Origin: Williopsis jadinii
Lineage: Eukaryota
DNA length: 64,000 bases
Direction: 5' to 3'
Assembly (NCBI GenBank): GCA_024346625.1
Contig: AP024664.1
Coordinates: 2,542,001 to 2,606,000, forward strand
Of the stretch, positions 48,715 to 64,000 are shown in pieces. Every line of letters begins with the position of its first letter. The first letter of the stretch is position 1. The position numbers and the translations under genes were made by a program. Below the pieces are notes generated by a model. That model worked only from the letters and a program-made list of their open reading frames with translations. It was not told the origin of the DNA and made no database searches.

Positions 48715-50690
48715 GTGTCCATTGGGGGCCTGGGTGTCCAGCGGGCGGTCATTTGGTGATGATTCAGGAGTGAACCAGCGGTGAGTTGATGTCCACGGGT
48801 GGCCAGCGGGCCTCCAGGGGACCTCCAGGGGGCCTCTAGGGGATGGATCGTGGTCTCTAAGGTGGGTCTAGCATGTTTACAGTACATAGATGTGTGGAAG
48901 ATGTCCATTGGGTGTCTGATTGTTTACTCGGGGTCCATTTGGTGTTGATTCAGGGGTGAGTTGATGTCCATGGATGTCCAGGGATGTCCACGGGATGTCC
49001 AGCGGGCGTCCATAGGCCTCTAGGGGCGTCCGGTGGCTATATCGTGGTCTCCAGGGTCTGTCCAGGGTATTCCCAGCATGTAGTTGTGTAGAAGATGTCC
49101 ATTGGGTGTCTGATTGTTTACTCCGTGTCCACTTGGTGATGATTCAGCGGCAGCGAGCGTTGAGGGGGCCTCTAGGGGCCTCCAACGGGAGCCTGGTGGA
49201 TGGATCGTGGTCTCCAGTGTGTTCCCAGCTTGTAGATGTCCATTGCATGTCCAATAAGTGTTTGGTTGTTGACCCGCTGTCCATTTGGTGTTGATTCAGG
49301 GGCGAGATGATGTTCACGGGGCATCCACAGACCTCTAGCAAGAGCCTGGTGGATGTATCGTGGTCTCCAGCGTCTGTCCAGGGTATTCCCAGTGTGTAGA
49401 TGTCCATTGAGTGTCCATTGGTGGCCTTGTTGTTTACACGGTGTCCACTTGATGATGATTCAGCGGCAAGCGAACGTTGATGGAGCGTCCAACAAGCCTC
49501 TAGGGACCTCCAGCGGGAGCCTAGTCGATGCCTAGACATCCTTAGGTGGTCTCCAGCATCTTCCCTGTTTGTAGTTGTCCATTGAATGTCCATTGGTGGC
49601 CTTGTTGTTGACACGGTGTCCACTTGGTGTTGATTCAGCGGCAAGCGAACGTCGACGAGGTGGCCACCAGGCATCCACAGACCTCTAGCAAGAGCCTGGT
49701 GGGTGGATTGTGGTCGCCAGGGTTGGTCTAGAGTATTTCCAGTGTGTTGATGTCCATTGAATGTCCAATAGATGGCTTGTTGTTTACCCGCCGCCCACTC
49801 GGTGATGTTTCAGCGGCGAGTTGATGTCCACAGTATGTCCACGGGGCAACCATAAGCCTCTAGCGACAGCCTGGTGGATGTATCACGGTCTCTAGCGTCT
49901 GTCCAGCGTATTCCCAGCAAGTAGATGTCCAATTGGTGTCCATTGGTGGCCTTGTTGTTGACACGGTGTCCACTTGATGATGATTCAGCGGCAAGCGAAC
50001 GTTGATGGGGCCTTCACGCGGCAAACATAAGCCTCTAGCGAACGTCCAGTGGATGGACCGTGGTCTCCAGTGTCTGTTTGGCATGTTCCCAGTACGTTGA
50101 TGTCCAATTGGTGTCCATTGGTGGCCTTGTTGTTTACACGGTGTCCACTTGGTGTTGATTCAGCGGCGAGAAAACGTCGACGAGGTGGCCACCAGGCATC
50201 CACAGACCTCTAGCGATAGCCTGGTGGATGTATCGTGGTCTCCAGTGTCTGTTTGGCATGTGTCCAGTGTGTAGGTATCCATTGAATGTCCATTGGTGGC
50301 CTTGTTGTTTACCCGCCGCCCACTCGGTGATGATTCAGCGGTGAGTTGATGTCCACAGTATGTCCACGGGGCAACCATAAGCCTCTAGCGACAGCCTGGT
50401 GGATGTATCGTGGTCTCTAGCGTCTGTCCAGGGTATTCCCAGCATGTAGTTGTCCAATTGGTGTCCATTGGTGGCCTTGTTGTTGACACGGTGTCCACTT
50501 GATGATGTTTCAGCGGCAAGCGAACGTTGATGGGGCCTTCACGCGGCAAACATAAGCCTCTAGCGACAGCCTGGTGGATGTATCGTGGCCTCAGGTTCTG
50601 TCCAGCATGTTTCCAATACATAGATGTCTAATTGGTGTCCATTGGGAACATCTTTGTTTACCCTCTACCCCCTTGATGTTCATTCAGGGA
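48715..50690. repeat. IGS2 ~175-bp tandem array (~11 copies)
   Basis: Anchor recurs at ~49458, 49633, 49808, 49983, 50158, 50333, 50508 and 50683, with more divergent units upstream. Confidence 0.92.
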
Positions 50691-51859
50691 AAAGTTTTTT
50701 TTTTTCGCAAATTCACCGGCGAGAAAACGCCCACGCGGTGGCCACCGGTTCAGGCATTAGCTCCGATCCAGGTAAAGTGGCCCCGCCAGCTTGGTGTCCA
50801 GCAGTAAATTGGCGCAATTCGGGATCAACCACCCCCATGTGGGGCCCGGAGTTTGACACATCCTCTAATATCCGCAACACTTAAATGCTTCCAGAACTCC
50901 ACACACACATCCTACCACAACCAAAATCACTGTTCCACGCTCACAAAATTCACGCCTTTCCAATGAGACCAAAATACCCTGGTATTTCCACCATTTGGGT
51001 TTTTCATTCCATTATTTTACTGTTAACATCTACCCAAATTTTATAATCCGAAAAAGACTCACCTATTCTCGGAGATATCCTAAATTAATATATACTATAT
51101 AATCCCATAACTCGGGAACTAGCAGAGCTTTCGAGCTATAAACACCACTACTGGATAGCTACGCTCCAGAGGTTACCTATGGGTTTAAGTTGTTTCCCGG
51201 TTTATGGGTGCCCATCTCCCTGGAAAGCAAAACATGGTTTTTAGAGGGCAACCTGCATTTTCTCGGCGAACCCCGGTTTGTTCCAACTTTATCAAAAGTG
51301 GGTCTTTCATGGCCAAACTTGGGTCATATATTCACCTTCAGGAGTAGTACCTATGGTCCAACAGCCATGGATGGGTGCACTTTGCCCATTGTTCAGGAGG
51401 TATAAGTACAAAATTACATGCATAAATGTTGATTTTTGGGTGCCGCCGAGCAACCGGAATTAACCAGAGATGATGCAAGATGATAGTACTGTGTCAGTTA
51501 CACCACCTTGGCTTATTAGATCGGTCAAATTCATCGCGCGTGGTGGTGCAATTTGCGTTTAAAGGGTGTATAAAATGGCTTTTTGGTGTAAGGATGTTTG
51601 GGTGTTTGGATGAAATGTTTGGATGTTTTGGCAGGGTGGTGGGGGCAGGTGGGGGGCATATAATTGGATATTTTGGGATGGGGGCGATATGTTTGGGGAG
51701 TTTTTGGTATGGATCGGGAGGTTGGAGCGTGGTTTGAACCATTGGGCTTGTTGTGGTGTTTATGGCGTTTGTGCTGGGAGTGCGCTGGCTGTTACAAGTG
51801 TTGGGGTGGTCGGATCTGGCTTTCCGGGGTGTTGCCCGTTCCCGAAAAACAAAGTGGGG

Positions 51860-52075
51860 GCTTAACTATGGGCGCTTAACTATGGGCGCTTAACTATGGG
51901 AGATTCACTATGAGACTTAACTATGGGATCTCTACTATGGGAGCTTCACTATAGGTGGTTAACTATGGGAGTTCCACTATAGGTGGTTAACTACGGGGAT
52001 GGTAGGTGGTGTTGCCCGTTCCCGAAAAACAAACTGGGAGTTAACTATGGGCGTTAACTATGGGGTTCCACTATG
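51860..52075. repeat. ~14-bp TTAACTATGGG repeats, with a duplicated GTGTTGCCCGTTCCCGAAAAACAAA leader
   Basis: Visible. The leader occurs at ~51829 and ~52009. Confidence 0.85.
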
Positions 52076-52094
52076 AAGGTCTTTAATTTTTCCT

Positions 52095-52627
52095 GAAGTT
52101 ATTCGCATCCATGAAAATCTATACTTTCAAGGGGTATTTAATTTTTGTTGATGTAGTGCGCGGCCCAAAAAATCTATAGAGGTTAAACTTTGGTGAAGTT
52201 ATTCGCATCCATGAAAATCTATACTTCCAAGGGGTATTTAATTTTTGTTGATGTAGTGCGCGGCCCAAAAAATCTATAGAGGTTAAATTTTGGTGAAGTT
52301 ACTCGCTTCCATGAAAATCTATACTTTCAAGGGGTATTTAATTTTTGTTGATGTAGTGCGCGGCCCAAAAAATCCATAGAGGTTAAATTTTGGTGAAGTT
52401 ACTCGCTTCCATAAAAATCTATACTTCCAAGGGGTATTTAATTTTTGTTGATGTAGTGCGCGGCCCAAAAAAAATCTATAGAGGTTAAATTTTGGTGAAG
52501 TTACTCGCTTCCATAAAAATCTATACTTCCAAGGGGTATTTAATTTTTGTTGATGTAGTGCGCGGCCCAAAAAAAATCTATAGAGGTTAAATTTTGGTGA
52601 TGTTATTCGCATCCATAAAAATCTATA
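52095..52627. repeat. ~100-102 bp tandem repeats (~5.3 copies) upstream of the Pol I promoter
   Basis: GAAGTTATTCGCATCCATGAAAATCTATAC...GTGCGCGGCCCAAAAAATCTATAGAGG recurs every 100-102 bp. Confidence 0.95.
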
Positions 52628-52925
52628 GGGATTCCATATGGGAGTTCCATGGGGGTTCCATGGAAATCTTCAATTTTAGTGATGTGGCGCGCGATCTTGA
52701 AAATCTAACTACAAGACTTGGTCTATATGGACTGTCTACAATAGATGTTTCCAGTAGATGCCCACCTTTTTGGTTGGGTTGCGCCCTGTTGAAAAATTCA
52801 TTTGTAGGTGTTGATGTATAAAGTGTAAGAAGAACAAACCTCTCTAACAATCGACGAGAGGGTGGACTGAAAACCAAATCCATCGACGGTTGCCCTAAAA
52901 TGAAAAATTTTTCACTGTTGCTCAC

Positions 52926-53030
52926 ACCGGAAAATTTTTTCCATGTTTGCGTCGCTTTTTTGTTGTGCTGCACGGACCGGAAAAATTTTTCATCTTTGCG
53001 TCCCTTTTTTGTTGTGCTGCACGGACCGAA
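52926..53030. repeat. Two ~50-bp direct repeats upstream of the Pol I start
   Basis: ACCGGAAAATTTTTT...TTGTTGTGCTGCACGG occurs twice. Confidence 0.85.
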
Positions 53031-53269
53031 AAATCTCACTTCCGGAACACTCTGAAACCGAATCTCAATTTCGGGACGGCCAACAACAAAATATGTGGCC
53101 TGTCCCAAAAACGCGTGGCCGAAATCTTGAAAATCCAAAATGTATGAGGCGAACCCAAAACATTGACGCAGGGTATATGCAGGCGGTAGACGGCGTTGGT
53201 ATAGCTCTGAGACTACAGACGATTGAAGAATTCAAAATACAGAAAACACAAGTCCACACCTGATCAGTC

Positions 53270-53310
53270 TTCCAAAGATGAAAGAGGCTCGGAGGTACTA
53301 CATGTGGGAG
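53270..53310 (+). promoter_or_regulatory. RNA Pol I core promoter / 35S transcription start (~53302)
   Basis: GGAGGTACTAC|ATG resembles S. cerevisiae GGAGGTACTTC|ATG and gives a 701-nt 5'ETS (about 700 nt in S. cerevisiae). Confidence 0.7.
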
Positions 53311-54002
53311 CGTTTGGACGATTTGAAAAAGTCGTCTGGAGTGGCCCACAGGCCTTGTTGGACGGTGGTGAAGGTGCTAGTGTGGTCGCCAGACTGTGCT
53401 TGCCTTGTACACCGTGTCGACATGGGCGGGGATGGGTTCGTTGGGCATTCGGTAAGTGAAGGGAGACTCTCCTTCCATCAACAACACCTTCTTTGCCCGT
53501 TCTGGGTTTAGGGAGAGACCATAGGGGGGATCCTTTTTCTTTTGATGTTTTTCGGCCTACGCCTGAGCAGTCCCGTCTGGGAGTTCTTCCACGGGCGGGC
53601 ACTGAGGGATTTAGTGGACTACTAGCCTATGGCAAGTGTTGTAACTAGAATCCTGGGGGCATACCTGCCTGGATAACCGTAGCGATACGTGAGTCCAGGC
53701 GGCGTGACCTCCTCTCAAGCCAGTGATGCTAAACCCGGGACGCATGAAACACGGCACTGGAGTTTAGCGGAGCCTGTGCTAGAGGAAATTTAAAGAGGGC
53801 TATATGGATGTGTTCTGTTCCCTGCCTGGGTTCTCCAGGCCGGGGGCAAGCACCAGCAGTTCTAACGAACTACTGCTTACCACATAATATCTTCAGGGAG
53901 AACTTCTCCCGCTGGGAACGGGGGCGGACCCGGCTCTAGGCAGCGTAGGCACACCGGCCTAGTCAGCTCCGCCTAGACGACACCCCCTAACCAAAGGATA
54001 GT

Positions 54003-55097
54003 TATCTGGTTGATCCTGCCAGTAGTCATATGCTTGTCTCAAAGATTAAGCCATGCATGTCTAAGTATAAGCAATTTATACAGTGAAACTGCGAATGGCT
54101 CATTAAATCAGTTATAGTTTATTTGATAGTACCTTACTACTTGGATAACCGTGGTAATTCTAGAGCTAATACATGCTAAAAACCCCGACTGCTTGGGAGG
54201 GGTGTATTTATTAGATAAAAAATCAATGCCCTCGGGCTCTTTGATGATTCATAATAACTTGTCGAATCGCATGGCTTTACGCCGGCGATGGTTCATTCAA
54301 ATTTCTGCCCTATCAACTGTCGATGGTAGGATAGTGGCCTACCATGGTGGCAACGGGTAACGGGGAATAAGGGTTCGATTCCGGAGAGGGAGCCTGAGAA
54401 ACGGCTACCACATCCAAGGAAGGCAGCAGGCGCGCAAATTACCCAATCCTAATTCAGGGAGGTAGTGACAATAAATAACGATACAGGGCCCTTCTGGGTC
54501 TTGTAATTGGAATGAGTACAATGTAAATACCTTAACGAGGAACAATTGGAGGGCAAGTCTGGTGCCAGCAGCCGCGGTAATTCCAGCTCCAATAGCGTAT
54601 ATTAAAGTTGTTGCAGTTAAAAAGCTCGTAGTTGAACTTTGGGCCTGGCAGGCCGGTCCGCTTTTTGGCGAGTACTGACCCTGCCGGGCCTTTCCTTCTG
54701 GCTACCCTCCCCTCTGGAGAGGCGAACCAGGACTTTTACTTTGAAAAAATTAGAGTGTTCAAAGCAGGCCTTTGCTCGAATATATTAGCATGGAATAATA
54801 GAATAGGACGTTTGGTTCTATTTTGTTGGTTTCTAGGACCATCGTAATGATTAATAGGGACGGTCGGGGGCATCAGTATTCAGTTGTCAGAGGTGAAATT
54901 CTTGGATTTACTGAAGACTAACTACTGCGAAAGCATTTGCCAAGGACGTTTTCATTAATCAAGAACGAAAGTTAGGGGATCGAAGATGATCAGATACCGT
55001 CGTAGTCTTAACCATAAACTATGCCGACTAGGGATCGGGTGTTGTTTTTATAATGACTCACTCGGCACCTTACGAGAAATCAAAGTCTTTGGGTTCT

Positions 55098-55166
<69 letters not shown>

Positions 55167-55605
55167 GCGGCTTAATTTGACTCAACACGGGGAAACTCAC
55201 CAGGTCCAGACACAATAAGGATTGACAGATTGAGAGCTCTTTCTTGATTTTGTGGGTGGTGGTGCATGGCCGTTCTTAGTTGGTGGAGTGATTTGTCTGC
55301 TTAATTGCGATAACGAACGAGACCTTAACCTACTAAATAGCGCGACTAGCTTTTGCTGGTGCTGACGCTTCTTAGAGGGACTATCGATTTCAAGTCGATG
55401 GAAGTTTGAGGCAATAACAGGTCTGTGATGCCCTTAGACGTTCTGGGCCGCACGCGCGCTACACTGACGGAGCCAGCGAGTCTAGCCTTGGCCGAGAGGT
55501 CATGGGTAATCTTGTGAAACTCCGTCGTGCTGGGGATAGAGCATTGCAATTATTGCTCTTCAACGAGGAATTCCTAGTAAGCGCAAGTCATCAGCTTGCG
55601 TTGAT

Positions 55606-55651
<46 letters not shown>

Positions 55652-55735
55652 AATGGCTTAGTGAGGCTTCAGGATTGGCTTATGGCGGGAGGCGACTCCT
55701 GCCTGGAGCCGAGAATCTAGTCAAACTTGGTCATT

Positions 55736-55793
<58 letters not shown>
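54003..55793 (+). rRNA. RDN18: 18S rRNA (complete)
   Basis: TATCTGGTTGATCCTGCCAG...GGAAGGATCATTA. Confidence 0.99.
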
Positions 55794-55934
55794 GAGAACC
55801 TGGGCCTGCGCTTCTAGCGCGGCTCCAACCAATACACAGTGTATTTTGCTTCTTTTGCTTTGGCTCTGCCAAAGGTTTTTAAACACAGAAATTTATTTTC
55901 TCTAGAAACTAGTCAATTTGAATTTTAATCTTCA

Positions 55935-56092
55935 AAACTTTCAACAACGGATCTCTTGGTTCTCGCAACGATGAAGAACGCAGCGAAATGCGATACGTAA
56001 TGTGAATTGCAGGTTTTCGTGAATCATCGAATCTTTGAACGCATATTGCGCTCTCTGGCATTCCAGAGAGCATGCCTGTTTGAGCGTCATTT
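55935..56092 (+). rRNA. RDN58: 5.8S rRNA
   Basis: Canonical ends, 158 nt. Confidence 0.98.
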
Positions 56093-56268
56093 CTCTCTCA
56101 AGATCCTCTAGGGGACTTGGTATTGAGTGATACTCTGTGTTAACTTGAAATACTCTAGGCAGAGCTCCCCCTAGAAATCCTCTGGGCCGAAATAATGTAT
56201 TAGGTTCTACCAACTCGTTATTTTCCAGACAGACTTCCAGGCAGAGCTCGGCTGAACAACCTTTCTAA

Positions 56269-59654
<3,386 letters not shown>

Positions 59655-59945
59655 TGTTTCGGCAACTCTATTTTTTGCTGGCGGGTGCCAGCTGGGGATA
59701 GAGTGTCACACAGTTGCCGTAGGCGACTGTGTATTTGTTTTGGTGACGGTAGGGTAATCTTTGGTGTGAGTGGTGTAGTTTTTGCTTTTTTGTCACGGGG
59801 TGTGTGGGTGTTGTGATGAAGATGGTCTCTGAGGTTTTATGACGGTAGGGTAACAGTTGGTGTGAGTGGTTGAATTTTTTTTAATTTTTCACCAGAGCTC
59901 CCAGGAGGAATTTTTGTTTTTCGTGAGGGGAGGGGGTTTCCACCG

Positions 59946-60200
59946 GCTAGGCTGGGCTGGGCTTCCAGGCTGGGCTTAAAAAAGTTAGGCGGGTGGTCAG
60001 CCTAAAAAGCTAGGCGGGTGGGATAAGCCTAGAAAGCTAGGCGGGTGGTCAGCCTAAAAAGCTAGGCGGGTGGGATAAGCCTAGAAAGCTAGGCGGGTGG
60101 TCAGCCTAAAATGCTAGGCGGGTGGTCAGCCTAAAATGCTAGGCGGGTGGTCAGCCTAAAATGCTAGGCGGGATGGGCTTAAAATGTTAGGCGGGTCCAC
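59946..60200. repeat. IGS1 ~25-bp hairpin repeats (77 bp longer than in the previous unit)
   Basis: Offset between units changes from 12342 to 12419 across the array. Confidence 0.85.
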
Positions 60201-60790
60201 ACTGGGGCACCACAGACACCAAGTCCAAACACTTAGGAAAGACACCCAGACCAGACCAAGACCAACCTATGGCTACACCAACAGATTCCCACAACGACAA
60301 CCACGGGAAATGGGAATGTGGCCCCAAAGTGGGATTTTACCAAAACCGTTAGTATGGGGATCCCCCAGGCAGTGGGAATTTCCGGTTACGAGCGCTGGCG
60401 AGGATTTTCTAATTTTGCGAGAAGTGCGACCATCCCTCCGCGCCTGCGCCGCTGCGGGATGGTCATAATGATTTAAAAAAACTAGGGGTATCCGGTTCCG
60501 CCCCCGTATATAGGTATATATATGTGTGTAGATGGGTGGGTGGTGGTGGTGGTTGACGGGGGGGGAGGGGGGTTTATATAGTTTTGGGTGGTGTTGGGTG
60601 GTCACGTGGGTCACGTGAGTGGTGTGCGGGTGGTGTGTGTGGTGTAAGGGTGTGCAGTCACCGGGCGGGTCACGTGGATGGTGTTAGGGCTGGTGTAGGC
60701 CACGGCCACCAGCCGGGTAGACTACCCCTTTTGGGACACCGGGTAGACTGCCCCTTTTGGGAAGCCGGTTACCCAACTTGGGTAAAAAAA

Positions 60791-60911
60791 AGATTGCAGC
60801 ACCTGAGTTTCGCGTATGGTCACCCACTACACTACTCGATCAGGCTCTTAGCAGCTTAACTACAGTTGATCGGACGGGAAACGGTGCTTTCTGCTAGATA
60901 TGGCCGCAACC
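60791..60911 (-). rRNA. RDN5: 5S rRNA
   Basis: Same as the other copies. Confidence 0.98.
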
Positions 60912-61134
60912 GAAATGGAAGCGCGCGGGGGAGGTTACACTGCTTACACTGCTTACACCGCTTACTAAGCAGCTTACTAAGAACCGCTTACTAAGACACC
61001 GCTTACTAAGCACTGTGTAGATGTAGCAGGTGGGTGTAGGGGTAAGGTCCAGCGGGCCCAGGGCATCCAGGGGGCTGTCTATAGCGGGAGCTATAGGGCG
61101 CGTCGTACGTGGACGTGTAGCAGGTGTGTAGTGA

Positions 61135-62410
61135 GTGTCCATTGGGGGCCTGGGTGTCCAGCGGGCGGTCATTTGGTGATGATTCAGGAGTGAACCAGCG
61201 GTGAGTTGATGTCCACGGGTGGCCAGCGGGCCTCCAGGGGACCTCCAGGGGGCCTCTAGGGGATGGATCGTGGTCTCTAAGGTGGGTCTAGCATGTTTAC
61301 AGTACATAGATGTGTGGAAGATGTCCATTGGGTGTCTGATTGTTTACTCGGGGTCCATTTGGTGTTGATTCAGGGGTGAGTTGATGTCCATGGATGTCCA
61401 GGGATGTCCACGGGATGTCCAGCGGGCGTCCATAGGCCTCTAGGGGCGTCCGGTGGCTATATCGTGGTCTCCAGGGTCTGTCCAGGGTATTCCCAGCATG
61501 TAGTTGTGTAGAAGATGTCCATTGGGTGTCTGATTGTTTACTCCGTGTCCACTTGGTGATGATTCAGCGGCAGCGAGCGTTGAGGGGGCCTCTAGGGGCC
61601 TCCAACGGGAGCCTGGTGGATGGATCGTGGTCTCCAGTGTGTTCCCAGCTTGTAGATGTCCATTGCATGTCCAATAAGTGTTTGGTTGTTGACCCGCTGT
61701 CCATTTGGTGTTGATTCAGGGGCGAGATGATGTTCACGGGGCATCCACAGACCTCTAGCAAGAGCCTGGTGGATGTATCGTGGTCTCCAGCGTCTGTCCA
61801 GGGTATTCCCAGTGTGTAGATGTCCATTGAGTGTCCATTGGTGGCCTTGTTGTTTACACGGTGTCCACTTGGTGTTGATTCAGCGGCGAGAAAACGTCGA
61901 CGAGGTGGCCACCAGGCATCCACAGACCTCTAGCGATAGCCTGGTGGATGTATCGTGGTCTCCAGTGTCTGTTTGGCATGTGTCCAGTGTGTAGGTATCC
62001 ATTGAATGTCCATTGGTGGCCTTGTTGTTTACCCGCCGCCCACTCGGTGATGATTCAGCGGTGAGTTGATGTCCACAGTATGTCCACGGGGCAACCATAA
62101 GCCTCTAGCGACAGCCTGGTGGATGTATCGTGGTCTCTAGCGTCTGTCCAGGGTATTCCCAGCATGTAGTTGTCCAATTGGTGTCCATTGGTGGCCTTGT
62201 TGTTGACACGGTGTCCACTTGATGATGTTTCAGCGGCAAGCGAACGTTGATGGGGCCTTCACGCGGCAAACATAAGCCTCTAGCGACAGCCTGGTGGATG
62301 TATCGTGGCCTCAGGTTCTGTCCAGCATGTTTCCAATACATAGATGTCTAATTGGTGTCCATTGGGAACATCTTTGTTTACCCTCTACCCCCTTGATGTT
62401 CATTCAGGGA
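61135..62410. repeat. IGS2 ~175-bp tandem array (~7 copies)
   Basis: 700 bp (4 units) shorter than the 48715-50690 array. Confidence 0.92.
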
Positions 62411-62952
62411 AAAGTTTTTTTTTTTCGCAAATTCACCGGCGAGAAAACGCCCACGCGGTGGCCACCGGTTCAGGCATTAGCTCCGATCCAGGTAAAGTGG
62501 CCCCGCCAGCTTGGTGTCCAGCAGTAAATTGGCGCAATTCGGGATCAACCACCCCCATGTGGGGCCCGGAGTTTGACACATCCTCTAATATCCGCAACAC
62601 TTAAATGCTTCCAGAACTCCACACACACATCCTACCACAACCAAAATCACTGTTCCACGCTCACAAAATTCACGCCTTTCCAATGAGACCAAAATACCCT
62701 GGTATTTCCACCATTTGGGTTTTTCATTCCATTATTTTACTGTTAACATCTACCCAAATTTTATAATCCGAAAAAGACTCACCTATTCTCGGAGATATCC
62801 TAAATTAATATATACTATATAATCCCATAACTCGGGAACTAGCAGAGCTTTCGAGCTATAAACACCACTACTGGATAGCTACGCTCCAGAGGTTACCTAT
62901 GGGTTTAAGTTGTTTCCCGGTTTATGGGTGCCCATCTCCCTGGAAAGCAAAA

Positions 62953-64000
62953 AAATTCTTTGGAGATGGCGCGAGCTTGAAACAATAGCATATCGACGAT
63001 AACTAGTTTAGTAATGAGCAGTAACTCCCACACCTTTAAAGGATTGGGAGTTGACCAGAAGTACATTTTCGTTTTATATGTATCTTGTAGCACCGACTTT
63101 GTGACTATTTATGGCTTGTGGTGTCAGCTCAATGAGGTGCTAAGGTGACAGTCTCAAGTATGGAAGACTGATTGAGTAACGACAAAGTTCAATTGATACT
63201 ACTCAAACTACAATGACAACAACAATCTAAAAGAAAGAGACACCTCGTCTGATTCTGGATGCTTCATATATACTGTCAAGCTCAGATGAGCAAGTCAGAA
63301 CTATTGGAAACCAGTACAATTCGACAAAGACACGATCCAATATGGAAAAAAGACGATATAACGTGGAAAACAAGACGATGCGCTGTGTAGAATAGACGAG
63401 ACCTTGGGAAACCAAACAGTTCTTATGGCTAGCCTTCCAAAGGAACAATCAGACGTGCTGTAGACTCGAGACGTAATACACGGTGCAGATGAGGTGGGAG
63501 ATCTTCCGCGGGTCAGTGAAAAGTTTTGATAGTGTGAGAACTTTGCCAACTTGAAAGCAACAGAACTTGGTTGGAACTCTTAAGACAACGTGTAAATCAA
63601 TCTTATGGGGTAAGTCATATTCGATAGTCTCCACATGGGCTGGTGGCAAGTGCAATGTCGTTAATCAGTGGGATTGAATCTTGACTGCACTCTCTAACTG
63701 CAGGGATGAAAGAAGTGAAATTGAAAGCCTGGTGGCGTATGGATGACAAGTAAACATGCCCATGAGTCCATAATATGATGCCTTAGATGTGCATAGCTGA
63801 AACCCAAAAGATCAAAGTAACTGATTAACACTATCAGCACATCAGTTTCCATAATCGACACCATGCCTACTTGGAAGACGACAAAATTGGGTTTAAACTC
63901 ATGATAGAGCATCCAAAGAAGTCACGTCAGTTAATTGAAGAGCCAACCAATATCAAAGACTCACTGTCAATGCTACCACTCAATTGAGTTGTGCTGATGT
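62953..64000. repeat. Second copy of the start of the 35-kb non-rDNA block (equivalent to ~7333-8380)
   Basis: 63053-64000 matches 7433-8380 at offset 55620 (one SNP seen, 8248/63868). The first ~100 bp are diverged. Confidence 0.95.

Noticed and set aside
52095..52627. Repeat-encoded ORF 52319-52612
   Set aside because: Translation of a 100-102 bp non-coding tandem repeat whose unit length varies out of frame

Overview
Eukaryotic budding-yeast DNA. The ITS1/5.8S/D1-D2 sequence and gene style suggest Cyberlindnera jadinii (Candida utilis) or a close relative; this is from memory, not a search. Layout: the 3' part of NMA111 and a 5'-truncated remnant of the mitoribosomal L35 gene (MRP35) are joined to a partial rDNA unit (3' third of 25S, IGS1, 5S, IGS2 cut before the Pol I promoter; 1937-7350). 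Next is a 35.3-kb protein-coding block (7351-42675). It holds a decayed ~2.3-kb tandem duplication, a MAL-like cluster (permease, YicI-type GH31, Zn2Cys6 activator), a GATA factor, a UsgS-like protein, QCR2, DPM1, GDB1, ATG13, PZF1/TFIIIA, RPO26, MLC2, RPC82, MRX8, GAR1, Aquarius and MRPS28. MRPS28 runs without a stop codon into the middle of an 18S gene. Then come the rest of that promoterless unit, one complete ~12.34-kb rDNA unit, and a second IGS2 breakpoint at almost the same site (~62952), after which the 35-kb block starts again (period ~55.6 kb). The block replaces ~3.8 kb of a collinear rDNA unit (promoter, 5'ETS, 5' half of 18S). It looks like cargo carried inside the rDNA and duplicated with it, or an integrated rDNA-containing circle. 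Mis-assembly has to be excluded with long reads.
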